A stretch of DNA of 64,000 nt from Candidatus Eiseniibacteriota bacterium (GTDB lineage: Bacteria > Eisenbacteria > RBG-16-71-46): NCBI GenBank assembly GCA_963744995.1, contig CAVUWA010000011.1, positions 21,577 to 85,576 on the forward strand, in the 5' to 3' direction. The notes under the pieces were generated by a model. It was not told where the DNA came from and did not search any database. It was given only the letters and a program-made list of their open reading frames with translations. The first letter of the stretch is position 1. Each line of letters opens with the position of its first letter. A program made the translations under genes and the position numbers. This document shows positions 8,561 through 17,532 of this stretch, one piece after another.

Positions 8561-10531
8561 TCACCTCACCAGCGTGAACCGCCGCGTGATCTCGGTATCG
8601 AGCGCGTCGAAGCGCGCGAAGTAGATGCCCGCGCCCGCGCGACCACCCGCTTCGTTGAGGCCGTCCCAGCGCAGCACGTGGCGCCCCGCGCCGAACGTGC
8701 CCGTCTCGAGCGCACGCACCACGCGGCCGCCCGCATCGAAGATGCGCAGCCGCACGGGCGCCGGTTGCGGGAGCGAGAAGTGGAAGCTCGCGCGCCCGCC
8801 GGCCGGATTCGGCAGCGCGCCGGCGAACGAAAGCGTGTAGCGCTCCCCGGCCGCGGGCACGTCGACCGTGAGGCACGGCGCCGGGTCGCAGGCGAAGCCC
8901 TGCGCGGCCGACGCCGCAAACGCCACGACGCGGCGCGCAGCGGAAAGCGGCTCCACCGCGAACTCGGGCGCGGCGCCGCACGCGGCCAGCACGGCGCCGT
9001 AGACGGATCCGCCCGGCCCGGGCGCACCGCTGTTGCCGCCCGCCGCCGGCGCGCCGCCGCTGCCGCCGGAACCCGGTGCTCCGCCCGCGAACGACACGTT
9101 GACCGGCGTGTAGGCACCGTCGCACGCATAGACGCCGTAGGCCGACCCGCCCGCGCCGCCGCTGCCGCCGCCGCTGGCGCCACCGCGCCCGCCCGTGCCG
9201 CCGCTGCCGCCGGGGGGCGAGCCGCCCGCACCCTGTCCGCCGGGGCCGCCGCTGCCTCCCGGCTGCCCCGCGCCGCCGGCGCCGCCGCTGCCCCCCGCGG
9301 CTCCGCTGCCACGCTGAAATTCCACGTCCGTCAGCGTGAGCGTCGAGGCGATCGCGAACACGCCGAAGCTGCTGCCGCCGCCATGTCCGCCGATGCCCGC
9401 GACCGGCGCCCGCGCGCCGCCCGCGCCACCCCCACCACCACCGGCGCCGTAGGAGTCGGTTCCGCTGTCGCAGCCGCCCGAACCGCCGCCGCCGCCGCCG
9501 CCGGTGCCGTCCCCACCGAGCGCGCCCGAAGTGCCATCGTGGGACGCCCAGTAGTCACCCACGAGGGTCCCCCCGGGTGAGGCCGCGATGCCGCCCGGAC
9601 CGTTCGTCGAGGAGCCGGCGTTCCCGTTTCCGCCCGGGGCGCACGGCGATCCGCCGTTGCCGCGGTATCCGCTGCCGCCGCCGACGTAGCTGGCGGCATT
9701 GAAGCCCGGAGCGCCGGGTGTCGCGTTGTAGTTCTCGGAGAACAGGGTGCAGTTGGTGTCCATCGTGCCGCCCGGACCGCCCGCGCCGCCGTTTCGCGAA
9801 CCGACGGCGTTGATCCCCGGCGAGCCGCCGGCCCCGCGCGAGGTGTTGTCGCATACCGTGGCGTACTGCGCGGCGTTGCCGCCGGCCGAGCCGCCGGCGG
9901 CCGGCGCCTGCGATGCGCTGGTGCCGTTGCTTCCGGGGGATCCGGCGGCGCCGTTGCCCCCGATGATGCGGACGCCGGTGAGATCGAGCGCCGCCTGCTT
10001 CGCGTGCACGGCGTAACTGCTGCGCGCGACGCCGCCGATGCTGCCGGTGGCATGGGCCCCGTGGATCTCCAGGTTGTCGATGGACGCGGTCGCGCCGGGA
10101 ACCGCGCGGACGGTGAGGTAGCGACCCGTGCCGCCGTCGAAGCCGCCGGTGATCGTCACGAGATGCCCGCTCTGCGTGCGCGATGCGTACGACCAGTCCA
10201 GATCGTAGCCGCCGTAGATGTGCAGCTCGGCGGCGGGGAGCGTCACGACCTCGTTGTACGAACCGGCCTGCACGAACAGACAGGTCTGGCTCTCGGCCTG
10301 CGCACGGGCGATGCCGTGGCCGATCGTCGCGCACGGGCTCGACGGGTCGAGCCCGCAGGTGCCGTCGTCAGCGCCCTGCGCGGTGGAAACGAAGATGCCG
10401 CAGGCCGGCGTTCCCGCGGCGCGCGCGGTCGCCGCTCCGAACAACGGCACGAGAACGAGGAGCGACGCGAGCAGCGCGTCTGCCGCGGGAGTCGAGCGAC
10501 GGGGGTGAAGATGCCGGGAGAAGATCCGCAT
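8561..10531 (-). CDS. Secreted glycine-rich repeat protein with Por/T9SS-type C-terminal domain
   Basis: It has a signal peptide (MRIFSRHL...LLVLVPLFGAATARAAG). Long GGxGG/GGSGG tracts make up much of it (...GGSGGAGGAGQPGGSGGPGGQGAGGSPPGGSGGTGGRGGASGGGSGGAGG...). The C-terminus reads ...VRLRIFDAGGRVVRAL...GIYFARFDA...RFTLVR. Confidence 0.6.
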   Translation of the reverse strand: MRIFSRHLHPRRSTPAADALLASLLVLVPLFGAATARAAGTPACGIFVSTAQGADDGTCGLDPSSPCATIGHGIARAQAESQTCLFVQAGSYNEVVTLPAAELHIYGGYDLDWSYASRTQSGHLVTITGGFDGGTGRYLTVRAVPGATASIDNLEIHGAHATGSIGGVARSSYAVHAKQAALDLTGVRIIGGNGAAGSPGSNGTSASQAPAAGGSAGGNAAQYATVCDNTSRGAGGSPGINAVGSRNGGAGGPGGTMDTNCTLFSENYNATPGAPGFNAASYVGGGSGYRGNGGSPCAPGGNGNAGSSTNGPGGIAASPGGTLVGDYWASHDGTSGALGGDGTGGGGGGGSGGCDSGTDSYGAGGGGGGAGGARAPVAGIGGHGGGSSFGVFAIASTLTLTDVEFQRGSGAAGGSGGAGGAGQPGGSGGPGGQGAGGSPPGGSGGTGGRGGASGGGSGGAGGSAYGVYACDGAYTPVNVSFAGGAPGSGGSGGAPAAGGNSGAPGPGGSVYGAVLAACGAAPEFAVEPLSAARRVVAFAASAAQGFACDPAPCLTVDVPAAGERYTLSFAGALPNPAGGRASFHFSLPQPAPVRLRIFDAGGRVVRALETGTFGAGRHVLRWDGLNEAGGRAGAGIYFARFDALDTEITRRFTLVR

Positions 10532-10845
10532 GCGGGCCTCGGAGAAGTAGGTGCGGAACGTGGGCCGGGCCGGCGCCCTGGTGGTCCGACAAGTCTAGAT
10601 TCCGCCGCGGGCCGCTGTCTGCAACTTTCCTGAACGCCTGTGGCGGAAGATCGCCGCGAAAGTGGCCCCGCGTGCCGCCGCAGCCGCGCGTGCCGGGCGG
10701 CGGAGCGACCGGGCCTCCCGGGGCGTGTCTTCTCCGAACCGGGGGCTACTTGCGTCGTCCGGGTGGTTGGTGGAACGCTGTGGGGCGGCTGGGCGTGGCC
10801 GGATTCGAGGGGCCCGCCCGCTGAGGGCCGCAGGAGATTCGGGTC

Positions 10846-13296
10846 ATGGTTTCGCTGCGCGAGGCGACAGGAACGGCCGGACCACCGGCCGCCGCGCCCG
10901 CAGGCTCAGCCGCCGGTCTCAGCAGCATCGAAGCCAGACGGCGCCTGGACGAGGTCGGTTACAACGAGCTGGCGGAAGAGCGTACCCACCCGCTGCTCGA
11001 TTTCCTCAAGCACTTCAACGGACCGATCGCGTGGATGATCGAGGCGGCGGCCGTTCTGTCCGCGCTGGTGCGTCACTGGCCGGACTTCTGGATGATCCTG
11101 GCGCTGCTCGTCGCCAACGCGTTCGTCGGCTTCTGGGAGGAGTACCAGGCCGGGAACGCGGTGCGCGCGCTGAAGGCCAGGCTGGCGTTGCAGGCGCGCG
11201 TGCGGCGCGACGGGCGCTGGACCGCGCTGCCGGCCCGCGAACTGGTCCCCGGCGATCTGATCCGCGTGCGGCTCGGCGACATCGTCCCGGCGGATGCGCG
11301 GCTGGCGGAAGGCGATCCGGTCGAGGTGGATCAGTCCGCACTCACCGGCGAGTCGCTGCCGGTGACCCGCAAGTGCGGTGAGTCGCTGTACTCGGGGTCG
11401 ATCCTGCGTCAGGGCGAGGCCGACGCCGAGGTCACCGCCACCGGTGCCCGCACCTACTTCGGCCGCACGGCGCAGCTGGTCGTCGAGGCGCGCAACGTCA
11501 GTCACTTCCAGCGCGCGGTGCTCAGGATCGGCAACTACCTCATCGCGATCGCCGTCGCCCTGGTGGCCCTGATCCTCGTGGTCGCGTCGCTGCGCGGCGA
11601 CCGGATGACGACCACGCTGCAGTTCGCGCTGGTCCTGACCGTGGCGGCGGTCCCCGTGGCGATGCCGACGGTGCTGTCGGTGACCATGGCGGTGGGCGCA
11701 CGGCTGCTGGCGGCCAAACGCACCATCGTCAGCCGGCTGGCGGCGATCGAGGAGCTGGCCGGCATGGACGTGCTCTGCTCGGACAAGACCGGCACGCTCA
11801 CCCAGAACCGGCTCACGCTCGGCGAGCCGTTCAGCGTCGCGGGCGTGGGCCGCGACGAGGTGATTCTCGCCGCGGCGCTGGCATCGCGCGAGGAAGACCG
11901 CGACGTCATCGACCAGGCCGTGCTCGGTGGCGTCAAGGACCGTGGGGCGCTCGAGCGGTTCCGGGTGACGCGCTTCCAGCCGTTCGACCCCGTGCGCAAG
12001 CGCACCGAGGCCGCCGTCGCGGGGCCGGACGGCCGGGCGTTCCGGGTCACCAAGGGCGCGCCACAGGTGATCCTCGCGCTGGTGGCCGACGCGGACCGGG
12101 TGAGAACCGCCGTCGAGGAGACCATTCACGCGTTCGCCGTGCGCGGCTTCCGCTCGCTCGGCGTCGCGCGGAAGGAGGACGACGGCGCGTGGCGGTTTCT
12201 CGGCGTGCTGCCGTTGTTCGACCCGCCGCGCGCGGACTCGAAGGACACGATCGCCGCCGCGCGCCGGATGGGCGTGCAGGTGAAGATGGTGACCGGCGAC
12301 CAGCTCGCCATCGGCCGCGAGGTTGCCGGGCAGCTGGGGCTCGGCGCGGATCTGGTGGATGCGAAGGTCTTCGACGATGCACCGCGGGCGCGGGAGGCGC
12401 GGCTGGACCGGGCCATCGAGAACGCGGACGGCTTCGCGCAGGTGTTTCCCGAGCACAAGTTTCACATCGTCGAGGTCCTGCAGCGGAACGGCCACATCGT
12501 CGGCATGACCGGCGACGGGGTCAACGACGCACCGGCGCTGAAGAAGGCCGATTGCGGCATCGCCGTGTCGGGGGCGACGGACGCGGCGCGGGCCGCGGCG
12601 GCGATGGTGCTGCTCACGCCCGGGCTGTCGGTGATCATCGACGCCATCCGGGAGAGCCGGAAGATCTTCCAGCGCATGACCAGTTACGCGATCTACCGGA
12701 TCGCCGAGACCGTCCGGGTCCTGCTGTTCATGACCCTGTCGATCGTGTTCTTCAACTTCTATCCGCTGACCGCCGTGATGATCGTGCTGCTCGCCCTGCT
12801 GAACGACGGCGCGATCCTGTCCATCGCCTACGATCGCGTGCGCTATTCCGACGCACCGGAAGTCTGGGACATGCGCCGGGTGCTCGGCATCGCGACCGCG
12901 CTGGGCGTCACGGGCGTGCTGGCCTCGTTCGGCCTGTTCTATCTCGGCGAGCGCGTCTTCCACCTGGACCGGCCGACGATCCAGACGCTGATGTACCTGA
13001 AGCTCTCGATCGCGGGCCACCTGACGATCTTCCTGACGCGCACCCGCGGGCCGTTCTGGCGCTCGCGCCCCGCGCCGATTCTGCTGCTGGCCGTCATCGG
13101 CACGCAGCTCCTCGCGACGTGGATCGCGGTGACCGGCGTCTTCATGCCGGCGATCGGCTGGGGCTGGGTCGCCTTCGTCTGGGGTTACGCGGTGGCTTCG
13201 TGGCTGGTGGGGGATGTCGTGAAAGGGCTCGCGTACCATGTTCTCGACTCGATGCCGGCCACGCCCTCGCCGACGATCGCGCAGGCGGCACGGTGA
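10846..13296 (+). CDS. P-type ATPase, type IIIA (plasma-membrane H+-ATPase-like)
   Basis: The P-type motifs DKTGTLTQN, MVTGDQLAIGREVAGQLGLG and MTGDGVNDAPALKKADCGIAV are present. The N-terminal part (ARRRLDEVGYNELAEE) and the overall layout resemble PMA1-type pumps. Confidence 0.85.
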   Translation: MVSLREATGTAGPPAAAPAGSAAGLSSIEARRRLDEVGYNELAEERTHPLLDFLKHFNGPIAWMIEAAAVLSALVRHWPDFWMILALLVANAFVGFWEEYQAGNAVRALKARLALQARVRRDGRWTALPARELVPGDLIRVRLGDIVPADARLAEGDPVEVDQSALTGESLPVTRKCGESLYSGSILRQGEADAEVTATGARTYFGRTAQLVVEARNVSHFQRAVLRIGNYLIAIAVALVALILVVASLRGDRMTTTLQFALVLTVAAVPVAMPTVLSVTMAVGARLLAAKRTIVSRLAAIEELAGMDVLCSDKTGTLTQNRLTLGEPFSVAGVGRDEVILAAALASREEDRDVIDQAVLGGVKDRGALERFRVTRFQPFDPVRKRTEAAVAGPDGRAFRVTKGAPQVILALVADADRVRTAVEETIHAFAVRGFRSLGVARKEDDGAWRFLGVLPLFDPPRADSKDTIAAARRMGVQVKMVTGDQLAIGREVAGQLGLGADLVDAKVFDDAPRAREARLDRAIENADGFAQVFPEHKFHIVEVLQRNGHIVGMTGDGVNDAPALKKADCGIAVSGATDAARAAAAMVLLTPGLSVIIDAIRESRKIFQRMTSYAIYRIAETVRVLLFMTLSIVFFNFYPLTAVMIVLLALLNDGAILSIAYDRVRYSDAPEVWDMRRVLGIATALGVTGVLASFGLFYLGERVFHLDRPTIQTLMYLKLSIAGHLTIFLTRTRGPFWRSRPAPILLLAVIGTQLLATWIAVTGVFMPAIGWGWVAFVWGYAVASWLVGDVVKGLAYHVLDSMPATPSPTIAQAAR

Positions 13297-14813
13297 ACCC
13301 CGAAACCCGCCCCGCCACCCGCGTCCCTTCGCTGCTCCACAACTGGGTGAGCCTCGCAGGCGGCATTCTCGCCGCGTCGAGCTTCTTCGCGGTCGCCTGC
13401 CTGATCGCGCTCGATCTGTTCCGCGGCTTCGCCAACCCGTATCTGGGAATCCTCACCTACATCGTCGCGCCGGTGTTCCTGATCGCAGGACTCGTGCTGA
13501 TCGCGGCCGGAGCGCTGTGGGAGCGCCGGCGCCGGCGCACGCTGCGCCCCGGCGTGGTGCCGGAATACCCGCGCGTCGACTTCAACGTGCCGCGGCAGCG
13601 CAACGCTTTCCTGGCCGTGGCCGGGATCACGGCGGTGTTCTTTCTCTCGACCGCCGTGGGCAGCTATCGCACCTACCAGTTCACCGAGTCGGTCTCGTTC
13701 TGCGGCAGGACCTGCCACTCGATCATGCAACCCGAGTACACGGCGTACCGGCAGTCGCCGCATGCGCGGGTCGACTGCGTGCAGTGCCACATCGGACCGG
13801 GGGCGAGCTGGTACGTGAAGTCCAAGCTCTCGGGCGCGTATCAGGTCTACGCCACGCTGGCGAACCGGTATCCGCGCCCGATCCCCACGCCGATCGAAAA
13901 CCTGCGGCCCGCGCGCGAGACCTGCGAACAGTGCCACTGGCCGCGGCAGTTCTTCGGCGCCACCCAGAAGACGTTCCACCACTACCTGCCCGACGCGCGG
14001 AACTCACCGTGGACGATCCAGATGCTGCTCAAGGTGGGCGGCGGCGATCCCGAATTCGGCACGGTCGGCGGCATTCACTGGCACATGGCGATCGCCAACA
14101 GGATCGAGTACATCGCCGGCGACACCCGGCGCGAAGTGCTTCCCTGGGTGCGTCTCACCGACGCCGAAGGCCACGTCACCGTCTATCAGTCCGGCGAAGG
14201 CCGGCTGACCCCCGCCCAGATCGCCGCGGCACAGCCGCGCGTGATGGACTGTATCGACTGTCACAATCGGGCGGCGCACGCCTACCGCGCACCGGTCGAT
14301 GCGGTGGATCTCGCGCTGCAGACCGGGCGCATCGACCGCTCGATCCCGGACATCGAGGCACAGGCGGTCGCGGCACTGACCGCGCCCTATCCCAGCGCGG
14401 ACAGCGCCCGGCGCGGGATCGCCCGGACGCTGACGGCGTTCTATGAATCGCAGCGGCCCGCGTTCATGGCGGCGCACCGGCCGCTCGTGTCGGCGGCGGT
14501 CGATGAAGTGCAGCGCATCCACGCACAGAGCTTCTTCCCCGCGATGAAAGTGGACTGGCGCACGTACCCCGATCACGCCGGCCACCTGAACGCGCCGGGG
14601 TGCTTCCGCTGCCACGACGGCAACCACACCAGCAGCGACGGCAGGACGATCTCCCACGACTGCAACGCCTGCCACACGATCATCGCCCAGGGATACGCCG
14701 ACTCGCTGCAGACGAGCGTCGCGGGCCTGGAATTCCGGCACCCCGTGGACATCTCCGGCGCCTGGCAGGAGATGAACTGTTCCGACTGCCACGACGGATC
14801 GCTGGTGCAGTGA
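13293..14813 (+). CDS. Membrane-anchored multiheme c-type cytochrome (NapC/NirT/NrfH-like, extended)
   Basis: Its GTG start overlaps the ATPase stop (GTGA). Two or three N-terminal TM helices are present. There are six CXXCH motifs (CVQCH, CEQCH, CIDCH, CFRCH, CNACH, CSDCH) plus one CX3CH (CGRTCH). Confidence 0.65.
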   Translation: MNPETRPATRVPSLLHNWVSLAGGILAASSFFAVACLIALDLFRGFANPYLGILTYIVAPVFLIAGLVLIAAGALWERRRRRTLRPGVVPEYPRVDFNVPRQRNAFLAVAGITAVFFLSTAVGSYRTYQFTESVSFCGRTCHSIMQPEYTAYRQSPHARVDCVQCHIGPGASWYVKSKLSGAYQVYATLANRYPRPIPTPIENLRPARETCEQCHWPRQFFGATQKTFHHYLPDARNSPWTIQMLLKVGGGDPEFGTVGGIHWHMAIANRIEYIAGDTRREVLPWVRLTDAEGHVTVYQSGEGRLTPAQIAAAQPRVMDCIDCHNRAAHAYRAPVDAVDLALQTGRIDRSIPDIEAQAVAALTAPYPSADSARRGIARTLTAFYESQRPAFMAAHRPLVSAAVDEVQRIHAQSFFPAMKVDWRTYPDHAGHLNAPGCFRCHDGNHTSSDGRTISHDCNACHTIIAQGYADSLQTSVAGLEFRHPVDISGAWQEMNCSDCHDGSLVQ

Positions 14814-14819
14814 GGCGCC

Positions 14820-17426
14820 TCAGCGCATGATCGACACGCGCCGCGTCAGCGTTCTCCCTTCCGCCTCGAGCCGGATCACGTAGAGCCCGCTCGCGACGCC
14901 CGCCCCGGCGGCGTTGGCACCATCCCACGACGCGGCGTGAGTGCCGGCCGGCAGCGCGCCGTCCACCAGCACGCGCACGCGCCGCCCCTGCATGTCGAAG
15001 ACCGCGAGCCGCACGTGCGCGGGGCGCGGCAGGTCGAAGCTCAGCCGCGTCACCCCGCGGCTCGGATTCGGGGCCGGCATCGCCAGCGCCAGCATGTGCG
15101 GCAGCGTGGCATCCACGTCGACCGTGCCGTTCGGCGCGAGCGTCGCCGCCGGCCCGATGTTGCCGTGCGTGTCGATCGCGACCAGCTTGTACCACCCGGG
15201 CGTCAGGTCGTCCGTCACCCAGCCGGTCGCCGTGGTCGAGGCGAGCAACGCACCGCCCACGGGATCGAAGTCCGGCGTCGCGCCGCGATACAGGCGGTAG
15301 TACGCGAGGTCGGGCGCGGGGTTGCTTCCCCACTGGAACACGATCTGCGCCGCCAGGAACTGCGCGGTGAAGGGCTGCGTCACCGGCGGCCCGAGATCGT
15401 CCACCGAGTAGCCGCTGTCGGGTGCCGATTCCCAGTGCGCCGGGGTGAACTGATGAACGGCGTCGACCATGAACGTCGTGTAGGGATTCGCTCCGGCGAT
15501 CGAATCGGTCGTCGTGGCCGCCGTGTAGCTGTAGCCGCTGAAGCCCTTGCCGGGGACACGATCCACGTACTCCCAGTAGATGACACCGGCCCCCGTCGCC
15601 TGCGCGCGCCACGCACCGGGCGGTGGCGCGGCGGGCGGCTCCGCCGTGATCGAAGACGCTGCGGCCACGGGCGCCGGGCGCGTCCACAGCGTGCGCCGTC
15701 CCGCGGTCAGCGCGGAGATGGCGACCGCGGTCGGCACCTGACGCCAGATCTGATATTCGAGGATTCCCGACGGGCTGCCGAAGTCCAGCCAGCTCGGCGT
15801 CCACGAGATCCGCACCTGCCCGCCTTCGTCGCCGGCGACGTCCTTGACCGACGCGATCGAGGCGCTCGGATCGCCGAGCACGCCGAAACCGTCGACACGC
15901 TGGACGTAGGCTTCGCTGGTCAGGTCGCGGGCGTCCGACCAGTACACGATCGCGCCGTGGCGATCGTCGGCAACCAGCCCGCTGGGGAAATTGGGATTGT
16001 TCGCGGTGCACACCGCCGTGCCGCCGTACCCCCAGCCGCTCACCAGCTGCCCCTGTCCGTCGAGGTGTGAAGCATAGATGTCGACCCCGCCCGAGCGGAC
16101 GTCGGCCCAGGCCGCGAAGATTCCACCCAGGCCGTCGGCCATGATCTCCAGACCGTTGCCGGAGCCCGGCGAGTCGCTCACCTTCACGCCGCAGTCCGGC
16201 CATCCCGGCGCGGGTGCACCCGACCCGTCGAGCCGCAGCGCATAGACGTCCGAGCCGGCGACGTCGCGATAGTCCTGCCACGCCACGTAGAGGGGGTTCC
16301 CGGCGCCGGCGAGGATGCGGATCCGGTGGTGGTTCTGCGCTCCGGCGCACAGCGCGCGCCCGCCCGGAGTCCAGTATTCGGTCGTCACGGTCGAGTCCAC
16401 GCGCTGACCGAAGACGTCGAACGGGCCGTTGCGGGAATCCCGCCAGGCCACGAACGCTCCGCCCGCTCCGTCGGATTCCACCACCGCCTGCTCACGCCCG
16501 CCTGCGCCGCTGCCGATGACGAAACCGCCCGTGCCCAGCACCCCGCCCCCCGGCGTCAGGCGCGCGATCCGGATCTCGATCGTGCCGTTCGTGTCGCTGC
16601 GCCAGACGACGAACGCTCCCCCGTTTCCGTCGCTCGCAATCGTCGCCTCTGTTTCATCGGCGGTAGACGTCGAGATGAAGTACGTCGCGACGGCTCCGGT
16701 GCTGTCGACGTGAGCGCCGTAGATGTCGCGATCGGTGGGTGAGTAGGAATGCAGCCAGACGATGTAGGCCCCGCCGATGCCGTCGGCGGCGATCTTCGGG
16801 TCGTATTCGAACTCGGCCGAGACCCGGATCGGAACACCGTCGATGGGCCAGCCGGGCGCCGGCGCGCCGTCACTGCGGATGCGCTGCGCGAAGATGTCGG
16901 CGGTCGCGCCGCCGTTGCGCGCATCGAGCCAGGTGAGGATGGCGCCCCCGTAGCCGTCCGCGACGATCGCAGGCGAGTCCTGATAGTCGGGGGCGACGCA
17001 CACCGGATTCCCGCTCGACGACCAGCCGGCGGGGCGCTCGCCGTTCCGGTCCAGCCGCGAGATGAAAATGTCGCTGTTCATGTTGCCGTTGCGGAAGTCC
17101 CGGTAGGCGGCGATCACGCCGCCGGCCCCGTCGGAAACGGCGACGATGATGTCCCGGTTGTCGGGGCTGTCGGTCAGGGGGTTGTTGACGTTCGGATCGT
17201 GGGACCACGCACCGAGGGCGGGGCGAACGGGGGCGGCGTTGAACGCGAGCAGTGCGAGCACGAGGCAGGTGAGGCGGCGCAAGACGACCTCCCGGGGGTT
17301 GGAGTCACGGCGTTGCGCGACGCGGCGTCGCCGCGCCGTATGCGAAGCATTCGTCCTGATCGAGGAACATCGCGCCCTGGGGAGCCACGAAATCGTCCGC
17401 CGAGCCGCACGGCGAAGGCAAGACAT
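14820..17426 (-). CDS. Secreted repeat (beta-propeller-like) plus Fn3 protein with Por/T9SS-type C-terminal domain
   Basis: It has a signal peptide. A motif recurs roughly every 50 aa (DGAGGVIAAY, DGYGGAILTW, DGIGGAYIVW, DGNGGAFVVW, DGAGGAFVAW, DGLGGIFAAW). The C-terminus reads ...LAMPAPNPSRGVTRLSFDLPRPAHVRLAVFDMQGRRVRVL...GLYVIRLEA...RVSIMR. Confidence 0.6.
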   Translation of the reverse strand: MSCLRRAARRTISWLPRARCSSIRTNASHTARRRRVAQRRDSNPREVVLRRLTCLVLALLAFNAAPVRPALGAWSHDPNVNNPLTDSPDNRDIIVAVSDGAGGVIAAYRDFRNGNMNSDIFISRLDRNGERPAGWSSSGNPVCVAPDYQDSPAIVADGYGGAILTWLDARNGGATADIFAQRIRSDGAPAPGWPIDGVPIRVSAEFEYDPKIAADGIGGAYIVWLHSYSPTDRDIYGAHVDSTGAVATYFISTSTADETEATIASDGNGGAFVVWRSDTNGTIEIRIARLTPGGGVLGTGGFVIGSGAGGREQAVVESDGAGGAFVAWRDSRNGPFDVFGQRVDSTVTTEYWTPGGRALCAGAQNHHRIRILAGAGNPLYVAWQDYRDVAGSDVYALRLDGSGAPAPGWPDCGVKVSDSPGSGNGLEIMADGLGGIFAAWADVRSGGVDIYASHLDGQGQLVSGWGYGGTAVCTANNPNFPSGLVADDRHGAIVYWSDARDLTSEAYVQRVDGFGVLGDPSASIASVKDVAGDEGGQVRISWTPSWLDFGSPSGILEYQIWRQVPTAVAISALTAGRRTLWTRPAPVAAASSITAEPPAAPPPGAWRAQATGAGVIYWEYVDRVPGKGFSGYSYTAATTTDSIAGANPYTTFMVDAVHQFTPAHWESAPDSGYSVDDLGPPVTQPFTAQFLAAQIVFQWGSNPAPDLAYYRLYRGATPDFDPVGGALLASTTATGWVTDDLTPGWYKLVAIDTHGNIGPAATLAPNGTVDVDATLPHMLALAMPAPNPSRGVTRLSFDLPRPAHVRLAVFDMQGRRVRVLVDGALPAGTHAASWDGANAAGAGVASGLYVIRLEAEGRTLTRRVSIMR

Positions 17427-17532
17427 TTCTCGCGTCCGCGTCCGCGACGGGGCGAGGGGCGACCCGGGCAGGGCGTGGTGCAGAACGGCGCCGCGCGCCG
17501 CAGCAACATGCGGGCGCGGCGCCGGAACCGCG

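Noticed and set aside
14809-14822. Palindrome TGAGGCGCCTCA between convergent genes
   Set aside because: It is only 12 bp and is made largely from the two stop codons. It is too short to call a terminator.
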